Below, in pieces: positions 51,869-63,000 of a stretch of 64,000 nucleotides of DNA. How positions within the stretch are numbered: the first letter of the stretch is position 1; each line of letters opens with the position of its first letter. The notes below the pieces were generated by a model. It was not told the origin of the DNA. It saw only the letters and a program-made list of their open reading frames with translations, and did no database searches. The DNA is from Bilabrum cf. latius. Taxonomy: Eukaryota. Where the stretch lies: positions 186,001-250,000 of the forward strand of contig OZ237764.1 of assembly GCA_965178125.1 (NCBI GenBank). Reading direction: 5' to 3'. The translations under genes were made by a program, and so were the position numbers.

Positions 51869-54800
51869 TCAACTGTTGCTGTCCGGCCATTCTGAAGCTG
51901 GCTCCACTACACCAATGCTGCTACTGGCTGCCTCAATAGTCCCTGTAGCACCACCCACCCCTTCGTTCCGTACTGCACCAGCCGCATCGGCACCCTCGCT
52001 CAATGCATCGCCAGCTTCTTCGGCACCCTAGCTCAATGCTGCGCTAGCTTCTTCGGCACCCTCGCTCGAGACATCGCCAGCCGCATCCACAGCGCCAGAA
52101 GCGACCTCCACACCCTCACCCAACGCCGTGCCAGCCGCATCGGCACCCTCGCTCAATGCTGCGCCAGCTTCATCGGCACCCTCGCTCGAGACATCGCCAG
52201 CCGCATCCACAGCGCCAGAAGCGACCTCCACACCCTCACCCAACGCCGTGCCGGCTGCATCAGCACCCTCGCTCAATGCTGCTCCAGCTTCTTCGGCACC
52301 CTCGCTTAATGCTGCTCCAGCCGCATCGGCTCCCTCGCTCAAGACATCGCCGGCCGCAACGGCACCCTCGCTCAAGACATCGCCAGCCGCATCCACAGCG
52401 CCAGAAGCGACCTCCACACCCTCACCCAACGCCGTGCCGGCTGCATCGGCACCCTCGTTCAATGCTGCGCCAGCCGCATCGGCTCCCTCGCTTAATGCTG
52501 CGCCAGCCGCATCGGCTCCCTCGCTTAATGCTGCTCCAGCTTCATCGGCTCCCTCGCCCAAGACATCGCCAGCCGCATCCACAGCGCCAGAAGCGACCTC
52601 CACACCCTCACCCAACGCCGTGCCGGCCGCATCGGCACCCTCGCTCAATGCTGCTCCAGCTTCATCGGCACCCTCGCTCAAGACATCGCCGGCCGCAACG
52701 GCTCCCTCGCTCAAGACATCGCCAGCCGCATCCACAGCGCCAGAAGCGACCTCCACACCCTCACCCAACGCCGTGCCGGCCGCATCGGCACCCTCGCTCA
52801 ATGCTGCGCCAGCCGCATCGGCTCCCTCGCTCAACACATCGCCAGCCGCATCCACAGCGCCAGAAGCGACCTCCACACCCTCACCCAACGCCGTGCCGGC
52901 CGCATCGGCACCCTCGCTCAATGCTGCGCCAGCTTCTTCGGCACCCTCGCTCAAGACATCGCCAGCCGCATCCACAGCGCCAGAAGCGACCTCCACACCC
53001 TCACCCAACGCCGTGCCGGCCGCATCGGCTCCCTCGCTCAACACATCGCCAGCCGCATCCACAGCGCCAGAAGCGACCTCCACACCCTCACCCAACGCCG
53101 TGCCGGCCGCATCGGCACCCTCGCTCAATGCTGCGCCAGCTTCTTCGGCACCCTCGCTCAAGACATCGCCAGCCGCATCCACAGCGCCAGAAGCGACCTC
53201 CACACCCTCACCCAACGCCGTGCCGGCCGCATCGGCTCCCTCGCTCAATGCTGCGCCAGCCGCATCGGCTCCCTCGCTCAACACATCGCCAGCCGCATCG
53301 GCTCCCTCGCTCAAGGCATCGCCAGCCGCATCGGCACCCTCGCTCAAGACATCGCCGGCCGCAACGGCACCCTCGCTCAAGACATCGCCAGCCGCATCCA
53401 CAGCGCCAGAAGCGACCTCCACACCCTCACCCAACGCCGTGCCGGCCGCATCGGCTCCCTCGCTCAATGCTGCGCCAGCCGCATCGGCTCCCTCGCTCGA
53501 GACATCGCCGGCCGCAACGGCACCCTCGCTCAAGACATCGCCAGCCGCATCCACAGCGCCAGAAGCGACCTCCACACCCTCACCCAACGCCGTGCCGGCC
53601 GCATCGGCTCCCTCGCTCAAGACATCGCCGGCCGCAACGGCACCCTCGCTCAAGACATCGCCAGCCGCATCCACAGCGCCAGAAGCGACCTCCACACCCT
53701 CACCCAACGCCGTGCCGGCCGCATCGGCTCCCTCGCTCAATGCTGCGCCAGCCGCATCGGCTCCCTCGCTCAACACATCGCCAGCCGCATCCACAGCGCC
53801 AGAAGCGACCTCCACACCCTCACCCAACGCCGTGCCGGCCGCATCGGCACCCTCGCTCAATGCTGCTCCAGCTTCTTCGGCACCCTCGCTCAAGACATCG
53901 CCAGCCGCATCGGCTCCCTCGCTCAAGACATCGCCAGCCGCATCCACAGCGCCAGAAGCGACCTCCACACCCTCACCCAACGCCGTGCCGGCCGCATCGG
54001 CTCCCTCGCTCAATGCTGCGCCAGCTTCATCGGCTCCCTCGCTCAAGGCATCGCCAGCCGCATCCACAGCGCCAGAAGCGACCTCCACACCCTCACCCAA
54101 CGCCGTGCCGGCCGCATCGGTACCCTTACCCAAGACATCGCCAGCTTCATCGGCACCCTCGCTCAAGACATCGCCAGCCGCATCCATAGCGCCAGAAGCG
54201 ACCTCCACACCCTCACTCACTGCATCGCCAGCCGAATCCAAAGCTCCTTGTGCAATATGATTCGCATTAGACAATGCATCTACAGCAGGCTTAGGTGTGG
54301 GGATTTGCTCCAGATTATCTGCAGATATCGTCGCCATTGCGGCGGGCTAGCTTGGGACTTGCTAGTCAATGAAAGTCCTGTTGAGTGGGTCCGTACCGTC
54401 CGCGGGTTCGAGTGGTTGCCCTGCTGCAGTAAGTCTGCCTTGGTCGAGCTCGTGCATGGGGTCAACTGGAACATCTAGCTGCGTATCCCCAGCAGTAGTG
54501 ATAGGCGGTTCCGTGATATCTGTCTCGTGCAACTCCATGTTGCCGCCTGCTACTGAGTCTCCTTCGGGTGAAGTTGAGGTATGGCTACCAGATGAGTCGC
54601 TAGCATTCTTATCACCACTTCCCGCTACTTCTCCAGTCACATTTGACGGGAGAAGCATGGATCGCAGTTCCCTGTGCATGGCGAGGTAGGCAGGCAAGCT
54701 CGCTCCACCGTCAGGCTTAGCCGACAGACCGAGCGTCGAGGCTACGGTGCTGGCGGGTACCACGAAAGCCACAGCAGCGATGCAGGCCAGGACAATCCAA

Positions 54801-57105
54801 AGCACAAGCATGCTGCGGCACCACGAGTTTGGCTGCTACTCGTACGGCACCGCATCGTCCCCATCGTCCCCATCGCCCCCCGCATCGTCCCGGTCTATAA
54901 TCGAGCCGCCATCGTCTCTGACTCCACCGCGCCCACCTAGGCCTCCCGACGCTTCGTCCGAAGTGGCCTGCACTAGCTTCAGCCATCTCATCTGCCAGTC
55001 GTCACTGCCAGTCAGGGCGTATTCGCCCCCCGGGGACGCAATCACGCAAGTGGGGTTCTGCATCGGTGACTCCTTCGGTGGCACGGGGCCGCACCAGCCA
55101 TCCGTGGCACACGCGCGGAACGGGTCAAACAGGGCCATGCGCTTCAGAGAGTCGATGGAAAGCACGTGCACAGCTCCATCCTGATCTGCTACTGACACCT
55201 GTCGAAAAGGACCGCTCACGTGCATAGCCACAGACACCTTCGAGGAGACTGTGGTCCAACCCGCGAGACTCCATGGCCCGGCCGCGATCGAGTTGGCAAC
55301 ACCCGTGCGGCTGGAACTGCCAGCAGACCCCGGTGTCGCCGCAAATGACCCAGCCCCGCCAGAGACACCGGTGAAGGCCCCACCCTGCGGCCCCGGCTGC
55401 GATGCAGCCTTGGACACGAAGGCAGGGGGCTGGTCCCCGGTGGCCGACAGCGGCGGTCCACCTAGCCGCACCTCATCCTGCTATGCATTCGGTGGCTGCG
55501 ACCCGCTGGCTTGGGCATGCTTAGCAACAAAATTCGGTCCGGTTCCTAGCTTTGATGCGTGTCCAGGTTCAGGGTAGGCAGCAGACGAGGACACAAGCCC
55601 CATGCCGCTCCCAGGCAGCGCCGGGCCCGCCTCCTCAGCTGGACCATCCGGCTGCGTGACTGCACCACCACCAAACAAAGCACCCGGTCCCGCTGGCATG
55701 GTTCCGGTCGACTACTCCCGTTTCCAGAGGGACAGTACCGTCCAGCACGATGACCCGCCCCTCTCCAGCACCAGAAGCTCGTCTGCGCTCGCGAATGCGC
55801 ACTGGTATGCTTCCCACGAGATGGAGGTTGGCTTCTTCTTGCGTCGCCTGGCGTAGTAGGCCTCTTTTTCTGGGGAGAGCTAGTTCCCTATGGCGACCGC
55901 TCCCACGGAGGGCAGCACGTGCATGCCTTTGTGCTTTAGGTCAATCACACGAGCAGTGCCGTCGTCGCTGCACGTAGCGATCTGCGCGGAGGTCAATACG
56001 AGTAGAAGGGGTGGGGGAGGGAGGGCAATGACGGAATAAAAGAGAGAGACCACCATCCATGCAGCAAAGATGGCATTGGAAATTATATTGTAGACCTCTA
56101 TTGCAGCAACCGTATCACCGATCAAGATGGGTCCCGCAAGGCAGCCATGCTGTGCCAGTCCTCATCATTGTCCGTGCTAGTCGAACGCAGTCACGCCCCC
56201 CCCCCCCAATCAGTCTCACCAATTCGCCCCTGCTGGCTTCGCACGGCAAGAATGCTATGTCTCTGATATCTGTTTCGTGCGCCTGAATGGTGGCGACACA
56301 CGTCACCGCACCGAGCGCATTCTCTCTGTGCCCGGGCTCGTCGCTTGCAAGCGCGCCGAGCCATGCGGACTGGTCCTTGGGCAGGGCCAGCACGTGCACC
56401 TGGCCAGTCGATGTGCCAAGTGCGAGGTGCATGCGCTTTGGGTGCCAGGCCAGGCAGTTTACGTCGGGCAACTCGGGGGAGCCCTCGGGCGGAGGCTGGA
56501 ACATTCCGCCAGCTGTCGAGACCAGGCCAAACTCGCCAACCTGGACGCTGTTCTCCGCAGGAAGTACAAGAAGAACTCGAACGTAACCAGTGCTGCCAAC
56601 AGCTAGCACGCTGCACTGCGAATCGTGAACAGGCGCTGTCGTCGCTCAACAACTGAATGCTACCAACTAAGGAGGGCCTGCGCACCTGCATCTTGCAAAA
56701 CCACAACTTACCCCGGAAAGCTACTTCGGCGCTCGAGTGAGCTTCTTCGATGCTTGCATGCACCACATATACTAATCTTTCCCTTCAAAGACGTGAGCCC
56801 CTATGGTAGTTGGCATGGGTGCCTCCCCAGAATCCCTAGCATCAGCAAGGGCCTACTTTGGAGGCAGGGTCATTAGCTCCTGCGGTTGTGCGCGGGACAA
56901 TTGGGTATTCTAAGCAGGAAAGATATATGCTTGTAGACAAACAACTTCGTTCATACGCATAATACCGCACCAATCTGTTCGGGGTATCTCCACCACCGCC
57001 GCTCGCAAGCATCCCTACGACCGGCTGCCCTTCAAGGGTACGCCCAAGCTGGCAGGAGGATAAGACAGGCGCCTGGGCGCTACCTTCAATCAATATTTCA
57101 GCCAT
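51869..57105 (-). CDS. Sec12/PREB-like WD40 type II membrane protein with very long repetitive C-terminal domain, ~1603 aa
   Basis: N-terminal ASGGGGDTPNRL resembles the Sec12 K-loop region (GGGG...PN.L). WD40 blades VNCLAWHP...LALGTSTGQVHV, AHETDIRDIAF...IATCSDDGTARVID, ASPGGEYALTGSDDWQMRW. One TM (MLVLWIVLACIAAVAFVV, 54811-54758), then repeats. Three phase-0 introns: 56880-56970, 56616-56711, 55982-56219. 9 in-frame TAGs; TGA 51869-51871. Confidence 0.72.
51975..54245 (-). repeat. Coding tandem array of interleaved 33-nt (11-aa) and 54-nt (18-aa) units
   Basis: Units EGADAAGTALG / EGADAAGAALS / EGAVAAGDVLS and EGVEVASGAVDAAGDVLS, near-identical at DNA level over ~2.2 kb. Confidence 0.95.
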
Positions 57106-57203
57106 GACCCGCAGGACCACCGAAAGTACATATTTTCAATCCATTGGCAAATGTACTCGTAATTAAGCTGAATTTAATCAGAATCGTGCTGGCCGCATTT
57201 CGT

Positions 57204-59882
57204 ATGGCCGAAGAGCATGAGAGGCTTTCAAGATCAAATGTATTCAGTATTATGGACAAATTCTACGCAAAGATGGGGTAGGCTGCTTGGGAGCTGGATC
57301 GAGTTCCCAGCTATGTCACCACAAACGCCTTTCTCGCAGATACCTATGCCTCGACTATAGCGGCTTTCTGCAACGATCTGCTTCTACAGTATGTCAAGCA
57401 ACCTGTAAAGGAACATGCTGACTTTCATGTCGATGTGCTAGACATTGGTGCTGGCTCTGGGGCTTTGTCTATCGGCGTATACCGTGCACTCCGGCGCCGT
57501 GCTGATACAGGCCCCCTTGTTGCTGCCGGTCGGATCAGAATAATCTTGCTCGACTACAGCGTATCTGTGATCAAAGGACTCATGTAGAAGTAGGAATTAA
57601 TGTGCCTGGCACGGAAGGGTAGGCTTGATTTCGCGATATTTAATTGTCACGTCGGCGAGCAACTGCAACTGCAGGTGTCCAAGGAGACTCTGACCAGCAA
57701 GACAGCACCAAATCGGCACGGCGTACTGATCTGTCAATATTTGTTTGATAGCCTCAGGAGCGACGCGTTCATGTTTGCAGGTGGTAGTGTGTATGAAGGG
57801 CTGGTGCGATCCGTAGCTGCCTCCGAGGAGAGGCTCGAGGAGGATGGGGCTGACAGGCTGCACTTGGAATGGAAATGGAGCGAAGTAGAAGATGGCTCTG
57901 ACTCATGCAGTGATTATCCCGATCCTACAGATTCTAGTGTTCCAAGTCTATCTGAATACTACCGACCGTGTCGATCTGCGCCACAAGCTTGTGCGGGCGC
58001 GTAGCCACAGAAGCAGCAGGAAGAATGCGGCGCAGCTGCAGGCGCAACATTTGGCTCAACTGTAAGTTTAGCGAAATCAGATGCTGATTTATTCAATGGC
58101 CTCCTGCGTTACTACCAGCGGCTCTTTTCTGAAATGCACGGCGTAGAAGAGGACAGCGAGGATGAAGGCAGAGATGAAGCGAGCGCATGTTATGCTGATG
58201 GGTCCCTCCTCGCGGGACAGGATAGCAAGCATGGTGGCATCGGGGCGAGTGACGAGTCTCGCTAGGGCTGCGATGGCGAGGCAGCTGCAGGGCGAGGTCA
58301 GCGCCTGGGGCGGGCTGACTGTGGCAGCACCTCGGCGCAGACCGATGGCGAGGCAGACCCCGGCAGTGGCAGCGAGGTGGACCTAGTGTCGGTGCAGAGT
58401 GCTCGGCTACTGCTACCCATTGGCAGCATCCGGTTGATCCGATCATTGCGGGCCCTGTTTCCTGGCGGCATGCTGCTGCTTTGCACTGACAAGGGCCATG
58501 CGGACCCCGCGTGCTTCGCTGGACAGCCCGACCCTGAGGCAGCGAGGCACGGTAGCGTGTCATTTATGGTTAATTTCCATGCTCTGCAGCTAGCTGTGTC
58601 TTCCATGGAGGGAGCCTCGTGGCATTCAAACTCAGAGCACAGCTCGACTAAGCTGTTCGCCGCTGCCTTCCGACAAGTAGCAACGGAGAGCAGTCAACCT
58701 ACTAGTAGCTCGGCAGATCCCGAAGGCGGGACAGGCACACCTGAGTCTGAGTCTGAGTCCGATAGTGGCGAAGATGATCACGATGGCTCCATCGCGTCGG
58801 ACTCAGACTCAGACGACGGGCTGGGCTGCATGGATTTGTCACCGGGGCTAGACCTAGACCTAGGCGTTGCGCAGGGGAGGGGTTTCATGGACCAAGGGAG
58901 GAGGCGCATCGCAAGCACCATACGCGCTTTTGAAGAGGGTCTGTAGGCTCAGAGGAAGCGGTACAGGGGAATGTGGCCGCAGGCATGTACCTCGATCGAG
59001 GGCATGTGCAGGGCAGGAGGGGCGGACACGTACATGCAGCTCACCAACCGGCTGGTGCCCGGCGGCTGGTATGACCAGGAGAGCGACTACGACGACAAAG
59101 CAAATGACGACAAATATAAAGCGGCAGTGGCATCACATGCAAGTACGCGCGAAGGTGGGTGTGCCGGCAAGCCCGAATAGCTTGGATCCAGCACGGAAGC
59201 ACAAGTGACCGCATCAGCCGGTGCCGGTGCAGCATCGCCACGGGGCATCGGCAGCGCCACTGGCGCGCATCAAGACCAACTCGACGACCCTAGTCTCAGG
59301 CAGATGCTGCCACAGTGCAGTGCACCAATCGGTCTTCCTGATGCATGCGCGATCCTGCGGTATTCGCGGTTCGACCCTGACGTGCTTGCAAAGCTGCGGC
59401 CCGTCATCGAAGAGCAGGCGGCGAGTGCGTCGGAACTGGAGCGGCGGGACATGAGCTGGTGCGCCAGGGAGGTGATCCGTGCTCGCTTTGATCGTGGCGT
59501 TCACTACGACCTCGAGTACGAACTGGCCGTGGTGCTTGATGCCTGCGGGGAGCGCGGCAGTGCGCTGCAGCTGCTCCGGAAGAGCTGGGCTCGGGGTCAG
59601 AGGCTGGCAGAGGCTGGCTCATAGGCTCCCAGATCTGGTCTGATGCATGTAGCACGGCGAGCTGCGATTGCAGCAAGGGGCCTGGGCTTGGAGCTGGAGG
59701 CCAAGCGCTGGGACAGGCTCGCGAACCCAGTTGCACACCGTAATGGTCAGGGCGCACCAGCAGGGCAAGAAGCTGCAGCAGAGGGCACACCCTTGGCCTT
59801 GCCGAAGCAAACTGGTCAGCAGCGAGTAGGTGGCATGCATCATAAGTTTGGGAAGATAGTTCTGGATATTGATGAGCTTTGA
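57204..59882 (+). CDS. Class I SAM-dependent methyltransferase (MidA-like) with TPR-like C-terminus, ~892 aa
   Basis: FYAKMG[TAG]AAW...VPSYVTTNAFLA, motif I VLDIGAGSG, ILLDY, GRLDFAIFN, YLFDSL, CTDKG...RHGSVSFMVNFHAL, C-terminal YDLEYELAVVL...ALQLLRKS. Single frame, 8 TAGs, TGA stop. Confidence 0.8.
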
Positions 59883-60084
59883 CCCTGCCTTCCGACCCAA
59901 GTGTTGTGAAGCTCCGATCGAACGGTGAATGCCTCGCAGAGCGGATTGGACGAGCACGCAGCGAGCTCTCTTCAGCATTCATCCTTGAGAAGACCTAACG
60001 CGATAGTTTGAGAAATATTGCTTTGCTCCAAAGCACAAAGTATAACACATTTTGGAGCGTAACGCAGTGAAGCTGAGTGTAGGC

Positions 60085-63000
60085 ATGGACAGCAGCGAAA
60101 CCAAGTCAGACCTTTCAACAAGCCAATCCCCTGGCTCAGGCAGACAGCAATACACCGGTCCAACACCTCCAAAACCGCCGGGTATGGACGTTAAGAAGGA
60201 GCAAGAGGCTGCGCCAAGAAGAGCTCGGCGTTCGCGGCTCGGAACAAAGTCTAAACAGACACGGGAAGAAGCGACGGAACCAGCAGGCGACAGAGCAAGT
60301 GACAAGACAAAAGATGAAACCGCATAGCAACAAACATTACAAACCCTACCTCTACGACCGACAATGAAGCCCTCGAAAGGACCCGGGGCAAGCACACAGG
60401 ACGTGCCCAAGCCGCCCAAAAGGCCACCAACTCGGGCTGCTGGCGAGTCCGGGTCGGGCGCACAGGAGCTGCCCAAGCCGCCCAAAAGGCCACCAACTCG
60501 GGCTTCTAGCAGGCCAAAACCGGGCGCACAGGAGCTGCCCAAGCCGCCCAAAAGGCCACCAACTCGGGCTTCTGGCGAGTCCGGGTCGGGCGCACAGGAG
60601 CTGCCCAAGCCGCCCGTGAGGCCACCAACTCGGGCTTCTGGCGAGTCCGGGTCGGGCGCACAGGAGCTGCCCAAGCCGCCCAAAAGGCCACCAACTCGGG
60701 CTTCTAGCAGGCCAAAACCGGGCGCACAGGAGCTGCCCAAGCCGCCCAAAAGGCCACCAACTCGGGCTTCTAGCAGGCCAAAACCGGGCGCACAGGAGCT
60801 GCCCAAGCCGCCCAAAAGGCCACCAACTTGGGCTTCTGGCGAGTCCGGGTCGGGCGCACAGGACGTGCCCAAGCCGCTCAAGAGGCCAGCCAAGAAGCCC
60901 TCCAGTGAGGCAGGGGCAGGCGCACAGGACGTGCCCAAGCCGCTCAAGAGGCCAGCCAAGAAGCCCTCCAGTGAGGCAGGGGCAGGCGCACAGGACGTGC
61001 CCAAGCCGCTCAAGAGGCCAGCCAAGAAGCCCTCCAGTGAGGCAGGGGCAGGCGCACAGGACGTGCCCAAGCCGCTCAAGAGGCCAGCCAAGAAGCCCTC
61101 CAGTGAGGCAGGGGCAGGCGCACAGGACGTGCCCAAGCCGCTCAAGAGGCCAGCCAAGAAGCCCTCCAGTGAGGCAGGGGCAGGCGCACAGGACGTGCCC
61201 AAGCCGCTCAAGAGGCCAGCCAAGAAGCCCTCCAGTGAGGCAGGGGCAGGCGCACAGGACGTGCCCAAGCCGCTCAAGAGGCCAGCCAAGAAGCCCTCCA
61301 GTGAGGCAGGGGCAGGCGCACAGGACGTGCCCAAGCCGCTCAAGAGGCCAGCCAAGAAGCCCTCCAGTGAGGCAGGGGCAGGCGCACAGGACGTGCCCAA
61401 GCCGCTCAAGAGGCCAGCCAAGAAGCCCTCCAGTGAGGCAGGGGCAGGCGCACAGGACGTGCCCAAGCCGCTCAAGAGGCCAGCCAAGAAGCCCTCCAGT
61501 GAGGCAGGGGCAGGCGCACAGGACGTGCCCAAGCCGCTCAAGAGGCCAGCCAAGAAGCCCTCCAGTGAGGCAGGGGCAGGCGCACAGGACGTGCCCAAGC
61601 CGCTCAAGAGGCCAGCCAAGAAGCCCTCCAGTGAGGCAGGGGCAGGCGCACAGGACGTGCCCAAGCCGCTCAAGAGGCCAGCCAAGAAGCCCTCCAGTGA
61701 GGCAGGGGCAGGCGCACAGGACGTGCCCAAGCCGCTCAAGAGGCCAGCCAAGAAGCCCTCCAGTGAGGCAGGGGCAGGCGCACAGGACGTGCCCAAGCCG
61801 CTCAAGAGGCCAGCCAAGAAGCCCTCCAGTGAGGCAGGGGCAGGCGCACAGGACGTGCCCAAGCCGCTCAAGAGGCCAGCCAAGAAGCCCTCCAGTGAGG
61901 CAGGGGCAGGCGCACAGGACGTGCCCAAGCCGCTCGAGAGGCCAGCCAAGAAGCCCTCCAGTGAGGCAGGGGCAGGCGCACAGGACGTGCCCAAGCCGCT
62001 CAAGAGGCCAGCCAAGAAGCCCTCCAGTGAGGCAGGGGCAGGCGCACAGGACGTGCCCAAGCCGCTCGAGAGACCAGCCAAGAAGCCCTCCAGTGAGGCA
62101 GGGGCAGGCGCACAGGACGTGCCCAAGCCGCCCAAGAGGCCAGCCAAGAAGCCCTCCAGTGAGGCAGGGGCAGGCGCACAGGACGTGCCCAAGCCGCTCA
62201 AGAGGCCAGCCAAGAAGCCCTCCAGTGAGGCAGGGGCAGGCGCACAGGACGTGCCCAAGCCGCTCGAGAGACCAGCCAAGAAGCCCTCCAGTGAGGCAGG
62301 GGCAGGCGCACAGGACGTGCCCAAGCCGCCCAAGAGGCCAGCCAAGAAGCCCTCCAGTGAGGCAGGGGCAGGCGCACAGGACGTGCCCAAGCCGCTCAAG
62401 AGGCCAGCCAAGAAGCTACCCATTCGTGCCTCTAGTGAGGCAGGGATGGTTGCATTGGACGGTGGAACTCCGTTAGAATACCGTCAGGGCTCCAATGGTA
62501 CTTGCAGTCAGGCAGGAGCTGATCTGCAAGGCGGGGCAGGTGCATCGAGGGCCAAGGAGACAGCCCACCGGCGTATCGGCATCGGATCATTGCGATTGGA
62601 GTCTAGCCTCGGGATTGGTTTGGGCGCGTCAATGCCAGCCCAGAGGCGCATGAAATCACCGTCGTGCGAGAAGGAGTTGTGCGTAGCGCTGTCAACGGCA
62701 GCAGCTGTGCACAGGCTCTCTGGTGCTCAGACGAGCACGTGCTCTGCCGTTATGCCAGGTCCATCAATTGTGCCTGCACCTGACAGGCGCATCGTGGACT
62801 TGCACCCATTCGAGGACAGCTCCATTCCTGTGGGTTATGCGATGGCCCAAGATCGAGATGATTCCGCGATGCAGGAGATTGAGGCCGAGGCGCAACGCAG
62901 ACATGCGCTACGAATGGAAGAATTGCTGGCAGCGCAGGTTCGGGAAGAGGAGCGACTTCGGGAGCTGCAGGATCTCGTTGCTGCTGCTAGACGTCAGGCC

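Noticed and set aside
51751-51871. Repeat domain as the extracellular N-terminus of the GPCR (adhesion-GPCR-like fusion)
   Set aside because: The frame is shared, but two in-frame TGAs (51869-51871 and ~51848-51850) intervene and no convincing intron removes them.
52128-54260. Long plus-strand ORFs (710 aa and 677 aa) over the repeat
   Set aside because: Antisense shadows of a stop-free repeat; the minus frame connects to real domains.
54362-54811. Independent secreted protein starting at MLVLWIVLAC
   Set aside because: The upstream WD40 frame joins it through a single TAG (54836) only 8 codons earlier, with no room for a promoter; it fits an internal TM helix better.
870-60327. Interrupted ORFs as pseudogenes or random sequencing errors
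   Set aside because: Interruptions are exclusively TAG, with no frameshifts or internal TAA/TGA outside clear GT-AG introns, and catalytic motifs are intact.
60394-62415. CRISPR array
   Set aside because: Units are head-to-tail with no unique spacers, are in-frame coding, and there are no cas genes; the context is eukaryotic.
59979-62476. 814-aa minus ORF and 523-aa alternate-frame plus ORF
   Set aside because: Shadows of the 66-nt repeat; the frame starting at 60085 continues into the coiled coil.
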